Shown: positions 51,701 through 64,000 of the stretch, piece after piece
Numbering within the stretch: the stretch's first letter is position 1
Layout of the letters: each line of letters begins with the position of its first letter
NCBI GenBank assembly: GCA_964247055.1
Contig: OZ176058.1
Coordinates: 3,782,001-3,846,000 of the forward strand
Direction of reading: 5' to 3'
Length of the DNA: 64,000 nucleotides
DNA from: Paragordius varius
Lineage: Eukaryota > Animalia > Nematomorpha
The notes under the pieces: model-generated
The model's database searches: none
Told to the model about the DNA's origin: nothing
What the model saw: only the letters and a program-made list of their open reading frames with translations
Made by a program: the position numbers and the translations under genes

Positions 51701-54700
51701 TGATTGTTGGAAACACTAAAAAGTTAAAAGAAAACATAATTTGATTGTTGAATAAATTATTTGATTGTTGAAAATATATTTTTGATTGTTGGAAATACTA
51801 AAAAGCTATTGGGCAACATATTTTGATTGTTGGAAAAATTATTTGATTGTTGAAAATATCTGTTTAATTATTGGAAAGACTAAAAAGCTGTTGGGCAACA
51901 TATTATGATTGTTTGAAAAATTATTTGATTGTCGAAAAAATATGTTTGATTGTTGAAAATATATGTTTCATAGTTGGAAACACTAAAAAGTAAAAAGACA
52001 ACATAATTTGATTGTTGAAAAAATTATTTAATTGTTGGAAACACTTAAAAACTATTGGGCAACATATTTTGCTAGTTGGAGAAATTATTTGATTGTTGAA
52101 AATATATGATTGATTGTTGGAAACACTAAAAAGTTAAAAGACAACATAATTTGATTGTTGGAAAAATTATTAGATTGTTGAAAATATATGTTTGATTGTT
52201 GGAAATATTAAAAAGCTATAACATATTTTGATTTTTTGAAAAATTATTTGATTGTTGAAAATATATGTAGGATTGTTGGAAACACTTAAAGCTATTGGGC
52301 AACATATTTTGATTGTTTGAAAAATTATTTGATTGTTGAAAATATATGTTTCATTGTTGGAAACACTAAAAAGCTATTGGGCAACATATTTTGATTGTTG
52401 TAAAAATAATTTGAATGTTGAAAATATATGTTTGATTGTTGGAAACACTAAAAAGTTAAAAGAAAACATAATTTGATTGTTGAATAAATTATTTGATTGT
52501 TGAAAATATATTTTTGATTGTTGGAAATACTAAAAAGCTATTGGGCAACATATTTTGATTGTTGGAAAAATTATTTGATTGTTGAAAATATATGTTTGAT
52601 TGTTGAAAATATATGTTTCATTGTTGGAAACACTAAAAAGTAAAAAGACAACATAATTTGATTGTTGTAAAAATTATTTGATTGTTGATAATATATGTTT
52701 GATTGTTGGAAACACTAAAAAGTTAAAAGAAAACATATTTTGATTGTTGGAAAAATTATTTGATTGTTGAAAATATATGTTTGATTGTTGGAAACACTAA
52801 AAAGTTAAAAGAAAACATAATTTGATTGTTGAATAAATTATTTGATTGTTGAAAATATATTTTTGATTGTTGGAAATACTAAAAAGCTATTGGGCAATAT
52901 ATTTTGATTGTTGGAAAAATTATTTGATTGTTGAAAATATATGTTTAATTGTTGGAAAGACTAAAAAGCTGTTGGGCAACATATTATGATTGTTTGAAAA
53001 ATTATTTGATTGTCGAAAAAATATGTTTGATTGTTGAAAATATATGTTTCATTGTTGGAAACACTAAAAAGTAAAAAGACAACATAATTTGATTGTTGAA
53101 AAAATTATTTAATTGTTGGAAACACTTAAAAACTATTGGGCAACATATTTTGATAGTTGGAGAAATTATTTGATTGTTGAAAATATATGATTGATTGTTG
53201 GAAACACTAAAAAGTTAAAAGACAACATAATTTGATTGTTGGAAAAATTATTTGATTGTTGAAAATATATGTTTGATAAAAAGTTAAAAGAAATCAAATT
53301 TTGATTGTTGGAAATTGGAAACACTAACAAGCTATTGGGCAACATATTTTGATTGTTGTAAAAATTATGATTGTTGAAAAAATATGTTTGATTGTTGGAA
53401 AAACTAAAAAACTATTGGGCAACATATTTTGATTGTTGTAAAAATTATTTGATTGTTGAAAATATATGTTTGATTGTTGGAAACACTAAAAAGTTTAAAG
53501 AAAACATATTTTGATAGTTGGAGAAATTATTTGATTGTTGAAAATATATGATTGATTGTTGGAAACACTAAAAAGTTAAAAGACAACATAATTTGATTGT
53601 TGGAAAAATTATTTGATTGTTGAAAATATATCTTTAATTGTTGGAAATATTAAAAAGCTATTACATATTTTGATTTTTTGAAAAATTATTTGATTGTTGA
53701 AAATATATGTAGGATTGTTGGAAACACTAAAAGCTATTGGGCAACATATTTTGATTGTTTGAAAAATTATTTGATTGTTGAAAATATATGTTTGATTGTT
53801 GGAAACACTAAAAAGTTAAAAGACAACATAATTTGATTGTTGGAAAATTTATTTGATTGTTGGAAATACTAAAAAGCTATTGGGCAACATATTTTGATTG
53901 TTAAAAAAATTATTTTATTGTTGAAAATATATGTTTGATTGTTGGAAACACTAAAAAGCTAAAAGAAAACATATTTTGATTGTTGGAAAAATTATTTGAT
54001 TGTTGAAAATATATGTTTGAATGTTGGAAACACTAAAAAGTTAAAAGAAAACATATTTTGATTGTTGGAAAAATTATTTGATTGTTGAAAATATATGTTT
54101 GATTGTTGGAAATACTAAAAAGCTATTAGGCAACATATTTTGATTGTTGGAAAAATTATTTGATTGTTGAAAATATATGTTTGTTGGTAACACTAAAAAG
54201 ATAAAAGACAACATAATTTGATTGTTGAAAAAATTATTTAATTGTTGGAAACACTAAAAAGCTATTGGGCAACATATTTTGATTGGTAAAAAATTATTTG
54301 ATTGTTGAAAAAATATGTTTGATTGTTGGAAACACTAAAAAGTTAAAAGAAAACATATTTTGATTGTTTGAAAAATTATTTGATTGTTGAAAAAATATGT
54401 TTGATTGTTGGAAACACTAAAAAACTATTGGGCAACATATTTTGATTGTTGTAAAAATTATTTGATTGTTGAAAATATATGTTTGATTGTTGGAAACACT
54501 AAAAAGTTTAAAGAAAACATATTTTGATAATTGGAGAAATTATTTGATTGTTGAAAATATATGATTGATTGTTGCAAACACTAAAAAGTTAAAAGACAAC
54601 ATAATTTGATTGTTGGAAAAATTATATGATTGTTGAAAATATATGTTTGATTGTTGGAAATATTAAAAAGCTATTACATATTTTGATTGTTTGAAAAATT

Positions 54701-57700
54701 ATTTGATTGTTGAAAATATATGTAGGATTGTTGGAAACACTAAAAGCTATTGGGCAGCATATTTTGATTGTTTGAAAAATTATTTGATTGTTGAAAATAT
54801 ATGTTTCAATGTTGGAAACACTAAAAACTATTGGGCAACATATTTTGATTGTTGTAAAAATTATTTGATTGTTGAAAATATATGTGTGATTGTTGGAAAC
54901 ACTAAAAAGTTAAAAGAAAACATAATTTGATTGTTGAATAAATTATTTGATTGTTGAAAATATATTTTTGATTGTTGGAAATACTAAAAAGCTATTGGGC
55001 AACATATTTTGATTGTTGGAAAAATTATTTGATTGTTGAAAATATATATTTGATTGTTGGAAATACTAAAAAGCTATTGGGCAACATATTTTGATTGTTT
55101 GAAAAATTATATGATTGTTGAAAAAATATGTTTGATTGTTGAAAATACATGTTTCATTGTTGGAAACACTAAAAAGTAAAAAGACAACATAATTTGATTG
55201 TTGTAAAAATTATTTGATTGTTGAAAATATATGTTTGATTGTTGGAAACACTAAAAAGTTAAAAGAAAACATATTTTGATTGTTGGAAAAATTATTTGAT
55301 TGTTGAAAATATATGTTTGATTGTTGGAAATACTAAAAAGCTATTGGGCAACATATTTTGATTGTTGGAAAAATTATTTGATTGTTGATAATATATGTTT
55401 GTTGGAAACACTAAAAAGATAAAAGACAACATATTTTGATTGTTTGAAAAATTATTTGATTGTTGAAAATATATGTAGGATTGTTGGAAACACTAAAAGC
55501 TATTGGGCAACATATTTTGATTGTTTGAAAAATTATTTGATTGTTGAAAATATATGTTTCATTGTTGGAAACACTAAAAAGCTATTGGGCAACATATTTT
55601 GATTGTTGTAAAAATAATTTAATTGTTGAAAATATATGTTTGATTGTTGGAAACACTAAAAAGTTAAAAGAAAACATAATTTGATTGTTGAATAAATTAT
55701 TTGATTGTTGAAAATATATTTTTGATTGTTGGAAATACTAAAAAGCTATTGGGCAACATATTTTGATTGTTGGAAAAATTATTTGATTGTTAAAAATATA
55801 TGTTTGATTGTTGAAAATATATGTTTCATTGTTGGAAACACTAAAAAGTAAAAAGACAACATAATTTGATTGTTGTAAAAATTATTTGATTGTTGAAAAT
55901 ATATGTTTGATTGTTGGAAACACTAAAAAGTTAAAAGAAAACATATTTTGATTGTTGGAAAAATTATTTGATTGTTGAAAATATATGTTTGATTGTTGGA
56001 AATACTAAAAAGCAATTGGGCAACATATTTTGATTGTTTGAAAAATTATATGATTGTTAAAAAAATATGTTTGATTGTTGAAAATATATGTTTCATTGTT
56101 GGAAACACTAAAAAGTAAAAAGACAACATAATTTGATTGTTGTAAAAATTATTTGATTGTTGAAAATATATGCTTGATTGTTGGAAACACTAAAAAGTTA
56201 AAAGAAAACATATTTTGATTGTTGGAAAAATTATTTGATTGTTGAAAATATATGTTTGATTGTTGGAAATACTAAAAAGCTATTGGGCAACATATTTTGA
56301 TTGTTTGAAAAATTATATGATTGTTGAAAAAATATGTTTGATTGTTGAAAATATATGTTTCATTGTTGGAAACACTAAAAAGTAAAAAGACAACATAATT
56401 TGATTGTTGTAAAAATTATTTGATTGTTGAAAATATATGTTTGATTGTTGGAAACACTAAAAAGTTAAAAGAAAACATATTTTGATTGTTGGAAAAATTA
56501 TTTGATTGTTGAAAATATATGATTGATTGTTGGAAAGACTAAAAAGCTGTTGGGCAACATATTATGATTGTTTGAAAAATTATTTGATTGTCGAAAAAAT
56601 ATGTTTGATTGTTGAAAATATATGTTTCATTGTTGGAAACACTAAAAAGTAAAAAGACAACATAATTTGATTGTTGAAAAAATTATTTAATTGTTGGAAA
56701 CACTTAAAAACTATTGGGCAACATATTTATTGTTGGAAAATTATTTGATTGTTGAAAATATATGTTTGATTGTTGGAAACACTAAAAAGATAAAAGACAA
56801 CATAATTTGATTGTTGAAAAAATTATTTAATTGTTGGAAACACTAAAAAACTATTGGGCAACATATTTATTGTTGGAAAATTATTTGATTGTTGAAAATA
56901 TATGTTTGATTGTTGGAAACACTAAAAAGTTAAAAGAAAACATAATTTGATTGTTGAATAAATTATTTGATTGTTGAAAATATATTTTTGATTGTTGGAA
57001 ATACTAAAAAGCTATTGGGCAACATATTTTGATTGTTGGAAAAATTATTTGATTGTTGAAAATATATGTTTAATTATTGGAAAGACTAAAAAGCTGTTGG
57101 GCAACATATTATGATTGTTTGAAAAATTATTTGATTGTCGAATAAATATGTTTGATTGTTGAAAATATATGTTTCATAGTTGGAAACACTAAAAAGTAAA
57201 AAGACAACATAATTTGATTGTTGAAAAAATTATTTAATTGTTGGAAACACTTAAAAACTATTGGGCAACATATTTTGCTAGTTGGAGAAATTATTTGATT
57301 GTTGAAAATATATGATTGATTGTTGGAAACACTAAAAAGTTAAAAGACAACATAATTTGATTGTTGGAAAAATTATTAGATTGTTGAAAATATATGTTTG
57401 ATTGTTGGAAATATTAAAAAGCTATAACATATTTTGATTTTTTGAAAAATTATATGATTGTTGAAAATATATGTAGGATTGTTGGAAACACTTAAAGCTA
57501 TTGGGCAACATATTTTGATTGTTTGAAAAATTATTTGATTGTTGAAAATATATGTTTCATTGTTGGAAACACTAAAAAGCTATTGGGCAACATATTTTGA
57601 TTGTTGTAAAAATAATTTGAATGTTGAAAATATATGTTTGATTGTTGGAAACACTAAAAAGTTAAAAGAAAACATAATTTGATTGTTGAATAAATTATTT

Positions 57701-60700
57701 GATTGTTGAAAATATATTTTTGATTGTTGGAAATACTAAAAAGCTATTGGGCAACATATTTTGATTGTTGGAAAAATTATTTGATTGTTGAAAATATATG
57801 TTTGATTGTTGAAAATATATGTTTCATTGTTGGAAACACTAAAAAGTAAAAAGACAACATAATTTGATTGTTGTAAAAATTATTTGATTGTTGATAATAT
57901 ATGTTTGATTGTTGGAAACACTAAAAAGTTAAAAGAAAACATATTTTGATTGTTGGAAAAATTATTTGATTGTTGAAAATATATGTTTGATTGTTGGAAA
58001 CACTAAAAAGTTAAAAGAAAACATAATTTGATTGTTGAATAAATTATTTGATTGTTGAAAATATATTTTTGATTGTTGGAAATACTAAAAAGCTATTGGG
58101 CAATATATTTTGATTGTTGGAAAAATTATTTGATTGTTGAAAATATATGTTTAATTGTTGGAAAGACTAAAAAGCTGTTGGGCAACATATTATGATTGTT
58201 TGAAAAATTATTTGATTGTCGAAAAAATATGTTTGATTGTTGAAAATATATGTTTCATTGTTGGAAACACTAAAAAGTAAAAAGACAACATAATTTGATT
58301 GTTGAAAAAATTATTTAATTGTTGGAAACACTTAAAAACTATTGGGCAACATATTTTGATAGTTGGAGAAATATTTTGATTGTTGAAAATATATGATTGA
58401 TTGTTGGAAACACTAAAAAGTTAAAAGACAACATAATTTGATTGTTGGAAAAATTATTTGATTGTTGAAAATATATGTTTGATAAAAAGTTAAAAGAAAT
58501 CAAATTTTGATTGTTGGAAATTGGAAACACTAACAAGCTATTGGGCAACATATTTTGATTGTTGTAAAAATTATGATTGTTGAAAAAATATGTTTGATTG
58601 TTGGAAAAACTAAAAAACTATTGGGCAACATATTTTGATTGTCGTAAAAATTATTTGATTGTTGAAAATATATGTTTGATTGTTGGAAACACTAAAAAGT
58701 TTAAAGAAAACATATTTTGATAGTTGGAGAAATTATTTGATTGTTGAAAATATATGATTGATTGTTGGAAACACTAAAAAGTTAAAAGACAACATAATTT
58801 GATTGTTGGAAAAATTATTTGATTGTTGAAAATATATCTTTAATTGTTGGAAATATTAAAAAGCTATTACATATTTTGATTTTTTGAAAAATTATTTGAT
58901 TGTTGAAAATATATGTAGGATTGTTGGAAACACTAAAAGCTATTGGGCAACATATTTTGATTGTTTGAAAAATTATTTGATTGTTGAAAATATATGTTTC
59001 ATTGTTGGAAACACTAAAAAGCTATTGGGCAACATATTTTGATTGTTGTAAAAATAATTTGATTGTTAAAAATATATGTTTGATTGTTGGAAACACTAAA
59101 AAGTTAAAAGAAAACATAATTTGATTTTTGAATAAATTATTTGATTGTTGAAAATATATTTTTGATTGTTGGAAATACTAAAAAGCTATTGGGCAACATA
59201 TTTTGATTGTTGGAAAAATTATTTGATTGTTGAAAATATATGTTTGATTGTTGAAAATATATGTTTCATTGTTGGAAACACTAAAAAGTAAAAAGACAAC
59301 ATAATTTGATTGTTGTAAAAATTATTTGATTGTTGATAATATATGTTTGATTGTTGGAAACACTAAAAAGTTAAAAGAAAACATATTTTGATTGTTGTAA
59401 AAATAATTTGATTGTTAAAAATATATGTTTGATTGTTGGAAACACTAAAAAGTTAAAAGAAAACATAATTTGATTTTTGAATAAATTATTTGATTGTTGA
59501 AAATATATTTTTGATTGTTGGAAATACTAAAAAGCTATTGGGCAACATATTTTGATTGTTGGAAAAATTATTTGATTGTTGAAAATATATGTTTGATTGT
59601 TGAAAATATATGTTTCATTGTTGGAAACACTAAAAAGTAAAAAGACAACATAATTTGATTGTTGTAAAAATTATTTGATTGTTGATAATATATGTTTGAT
59701 TGTTGGAAACACTAAAAAGTTAAAAGAAAACATATTTTGATTGTTGGAAAAATTATTTGATTGTTGAAAATATATGTTTGATTGTTGGAAACACTAAAAA
59801 GTTAAAAGAAAACATAATTTGATTGTTGAATAAATTATTTGATTGTTGAAAATATATTTTTGATTGTTGGAAATACTAAAAAGCTATTGGGCAATATATT
59901 TTGATTGTTGGAAAAATTATTTGATTGTTGAAAATATATGTTTAATTGTTGGAAAGACTAAAAAGCTGTTGGGCAACATATTATGATTGTTTGAAAAATT
60001 ATTTGATTGTCGAAAAAATATGTTTGATTGTTGAAAATATATGTTTCATTGTTGGAAACACTAAAAAGTAAAAAGACAACATAATTTGATTGTTGAAAAA
60101 ATTATTTAATTGTTGGAAACACTTAAAAACTATTGGGCAACATATTTTGATAGTTGGAGAAATATTTTGATTGTTGAAAATATATGATTGATTGTTGGAA
60201 ACACTAAAAAGTTAAAAGACAACATAATTTGATTGTTGGAAAAATTATTTGATTGTTGAAAATATATGTTTGATAAAAAGTTAAAAGAAATCAAATTTTG
60301 ATTGTTGGAAATTGGAAACACTAACAAGCTATTGGGCAACATATTTTGATTGTTGTAAAAATTATGATTGTTGAAAAAATATGTTTGATTGTTGGAAAAA
60401 CTAAAAAACTATTGGGCAACATATTTTGATTGTCGTAAAAATTATTTGATTGTTGAAAATATATGTTTGATTGTTGGAAACACTAAAAAGTTTAAAGAAA
60501 ACATATTTTGATAGTTGGAGAAATTATTTGATTGTTGAAAATATATGATTGATTGTTGGAAACACTAAAAAGTTAAAAGACAACATAATTTGATTGTTGG
60601 AAAAATTATTTGATTGTTGAAAATATATCTTTAATTGTTGGAAATATTAAAAAGCTATTACATATTTTGATTTTTTGAAAAATTATTTGATTGTTGAAAA

Positions 60701-63700
60701 TATATGTAGGATTGTTGGAAACACTAAAAGCTATTGGGCAACATATTTTGATTGTTTGAAAAATTATTTGATTGTTGAAAATATATGTTTCATTGTTGGA
60801 AACACTAAAAAGCTATTGGGCAACATATTTTGATTGTTGTAAAAATAATTTGATTGTTAAAAATATATGTTTGATTGTTGGAAACACTAAAAAGTTAAAA
60901 GAAAACATAATTTGATTTTTGAATAAATTATTTGATTGTTGAAAATATATTTTTGATTGTTGGAAATACTAAAAAGCTATTGGGCAACATATTTTGATTG
61001 TTGGAAAAATTATTTGATTGTTAAAAATATATGTTTGATTGTTGAAAATATATGTTTCATTGTTGGAAACACTAAAAAGTAAAAAGACAACATAATTTGA
61101 TTGTTGTAAAAATTATTTGATTGTTGAAAATATATGTTTGATTGTTGGAAACACTAAAAAGTTAAAAGAAAACATATTTTAATTGTTGGAAAAATTATTT
61201 GATTGTTGAAAATATATGATTGATTGTTGGAAATACTAAAAAGCTATTGGGCAACATATTTTGATTTTTTGAAAAATTATATGATTGTTAAAAAAATATG
61301 TTTGATTGTTGAAAATATATGTTTCATTGTTGGAAACACTAAAAAGTAAAACGACAACATAATTTGATTGTTGTAAAAATTATTTGATTGTTGAAAATAT
61401 ATGCTTGATTGTTGGAAACACTAAAAAGTTAAAAGAAAACATATTTTGATTGTTGGAAAAATTATTTGATTGTTGAAAATATATGTTTGATTGTTGGAAA
61501 TACTAAAAAGCTATTGGGCAACATATTTTGATTGTTGTAAAATTAATTTGATTGTTGAAAATATATGTTTGATTGTTGGAAACACTAAAAAGTTAAAAGA
61601 AAACATAATTTGATTGTTGAATAAATTATTTGATTGTTGAAAATATATTTTTGATTGTTGGAAATACTAAAAAGCTATTGGGCAACATATTTTGATTGTT
61701 GGAAAAATTATTTGATTGTTAAAAATATATGTTTGATTGTTGAAAATATATGTTTCATTGTTGGAAACACTAAAAAGTAAAAAGACAACATAATTTGATT
61801 GTTGTAAAAATTATTTGATTGTTGAAAATATATGTTTGATTGTTGGAAACACTAAAAAGTTAAAAGAAAACATATTTTAATTGTTGGAAAAATTATTTGA
61901 TTGTTGAAAATATATGTTTGATTGTTGGAAATACTAAAAAGCTATTGGGCAACATATTTTGATTGTTTGAAAAATTATATGATTGATAAAAAAATATGTT
62001 TGATTGTTGAAAATATATGTTTCATTGTTGGAAACACTAAAAAGTAAAAAGACAACATAATTTGATTGTTGTAAAAATTATTTGATTGTTGAAAATATAT
62101 GCTTGATTGTTGGAAACACTAAAAAGTTAAAAGAAAACATATTTTGATTGTTGGAAAAATTATTTGATTGTTGAAAATATATGTGTGGTTGTTGGAAATA
62201 CTAAAAAGCTATTGGGCAACATATTTTGATTGTTGTAAAAATAATTTGATTGTTGAAAATATATGTTTGATTGTTGGAAACACTAAAAAGTTAAAAGAAA
62301 ACATAATTTGATTGTTGAATAAATTATTTGATTGTTGAAAATATATTTTTGATTGTTGGAAATACTAAAAAGCTATTGGGCAACATATTTTGATTGTTGG
62401 AAAAATTATTTGATTGTTAAAAATATATGTTTGATTGTTGAAAATATATGTTTCATTGTTGGAAACACTAAAAAGTAAAAAGACAACATAATTTGATTGT
62501 TGTAAAAATTATTTGATTGTTGAAAATATATGTTTGATTGTTGGAAACACTAAAAAGTTAAAAGACAACATAATTTGATTGTTGGAAAAATTATTAGATT
62601 GTTGAAAATATATGTTTGACTGTTGGAAATATTAAAAAGCTATAACATATTTTGATTTTTTGAAAAATTATTTGATTGTTGAAAATATATGTAGGATTGT
62701 TGGAAACACTTAAAGCTATTGGGCAACATATTTTGATTGTTTGAAAAATTATTTGATTGTTGAAAATATATGTTTCATTGTTGGAAACACTAAAAAGCTA
62801 TTGGGCAACATATTTTGATTGTTGTAAAAATAATTTGAATGTTGAAAATATATGTTTGATTGTTGGAAACACTAAAAAGTTAAAAGAAAACATAATTTGA
62901 TTGTTGAATAAATTATTTGATTGTTGAAAATATATTTTTGATTGTTGGAAATACTAAAAAGCTATTGGGCAACATATTTTGATTGTTGGAAAAATTATTT
63001 GATTGTTGAAAATATATGTTTGATTGTTGAAAATATATGTTTCATTGTTGGAAACACTAAAAAGTAAAAAGACAACATAATTTGATTGTTGTAAAAATTA
63101 TTTGATTGTTGATAATATATGTTTGATTGTTGGAAACACTAAAAAGTTAAAAGAAAACATATTTTGATTGTTGGAAAAATTATTTGATTGTTGAAAATAT
63201 ATGTTTGATTGTTGGAAACACTTAAAAGTTAAAAGAAAACATAATTTGATTGTTGAATAAATTATTTGATTGTTGAAAATATATTTTTGATTGTTGGAAA
63301 TACTAAAAAGCTATTGGGCAATATATTTTGATTGTTGGAAAAATTATTTGATTGTTGAAAATATATGTTTAATTGTTGGAAAGACTAAAAAGCTGTTGGG
63401 CAACATATTATGATTGTTTGAAAAATTATTTGATTGTCGAAAAAATATGTTTGATTGTTGAAAATATATGTTTCATTGTTGGAAACACTAAAAAGTAAAA
63501 AGACAACATAATTTGATTGTTGAAAAAATTATTTAATTGTTGGAAACACTTAAAAACTATTGGGCAACATATTTTGATAGTTGGAGAAATTATTTGATTG
63601 TTGAAAATATATGATTGATTGTTGGAAACACTAAAAAGTTAAAAGACAACATAATTTGATTGTTGGAAAAATTATTTGATTGTTGAAAATATATGTTTGA

Positions 63701-64000
63701 TAAAAAGTTAAAAGAAATCAAATTTTGATTGTTGGAAATTGGAAACACTAACAAGCTATTGGGCAACATATTTTGATTGTTGTAAAAATTATGATTGTTG
63801 AAAAAATATGTTTGATTGTTGGAAAAACTAAAAAACTATTGGGCAACATATTTTGATTGTTGTAAAAATTATTTGATTGTTGAAAATATATGTTTGATAG
63901 TTGGAAACACTAAAAAGTTTAAAGAAAACATATTTTGATAGTTGGAGAAATTATTTGATTGTTGAAAATATATGATTGATTGTTGGAAACATTAAAAAGT
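45746..64000 (+). repeat. Satellite subfamily domain 3, with 2631-, 5716-, 5206/5218- and 1791-bp duplications
   Basis: Diagnostic variants TATGTAGGATTG, GATTGTCGAAAA, GGAAATTGGAAACACT and GAATAAATTAT combined with TATATTTTTG. Offsets: 2631 (47591/50222), 5716 (48975/54691), 5206 (51386/56592, 53014/58220), 1791 (58220/60011), 5218 (57378/62596). Confidence 0.8.

Larger units (their letters stand above)
25701..64000 (+). repeat. 82-bp AT-rich tandem satellite array, right of the transposon insertion
   Basis: Same monomer and orientation, resuming in register after the element (TAT-GTTTGATTGTTGG at 25701). The array runs off the right edge. Length divided by 82 gives roughly 750-800 monomers for the whole window. 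Confidence 0.98.

Noticed and set aside
537-60342. About 30 short ORFs in the satellite (NYLIVENICLIVGNTKK-type on +, FQQSNNFS-type on -)
   Set aside because: They are translations of the repeat. The 82-bp period shifts frame each monomer, and the longer ORFs occur where indels keep frame (for example 81-bp variants giving a 27-aa period at 48975). They recur at the duplication offsets and show no domain-like content.
1-64000. CRISPR-like repeat/spacer organisation (constant core plus variable box)
   Set aside because: The variable parts are 6-10 bp, drawn from a few recurring alleles rather than unique 25-45-bp spacers, and there are no cas genes or leader.
1-64000. Telomerase-type simple repeat or G-quadruplex array
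   Set aside because: The unit is a complex 82-mer with mostly GG and at most one GGG run per monomer; there are no TTAGG/TTAGGG tracts or canonical four-G-run motifs.

Overview
This window is non-coding, AT-rich satellite DNA, presumably eukaryotic; the organism cannot be identified from the sequence. Nearly all of it is one head-to-tail array, with no inversion seen, of an 82-bp monomer: TTGATTGTTGGAAACACTAAAAAGCTATTGGGCAACATATT-TTGATTGTTGGAAAAATTAT-TTGATTGTTGAAAATATATGT. The monomer is about 74% AT and is built from ~20.5-bp subunits (41+20+21). The array divides into three subfamily domains (~1-34.9 kb, ~34.9-45.7 kb, ~45.7-64 kb) and carries nested higher-order duplications (~0.62, ~1.87, 1.49, 2.25, 1.79, 5.2, 6.2 and ~14.4 kb). 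The only non-satellite sequence is a 1126-bp non-autonomous DNA transposon at 24575-25700. It has perfect 27-bp terminal inverted repeats (TIRs), a TAT target-site duplication confirmed by three empty paralogous sites, and repeated subterminal GGAAAC(A/C)CT motifs. The most intriguing observation is that the same motif sits in the satellite monomer, and about 40 bp of the element's subterminal region is roughly colinear with the monomer. This suggests shared ancestry or motif-guided targeting, but it is untested against chance in low-complexity DNA. No credible protein-coding gene, RNA gene or CRISPR array is present. Offsets were derived by hand from rare marker variants, and most duplication boundaries are approximate.
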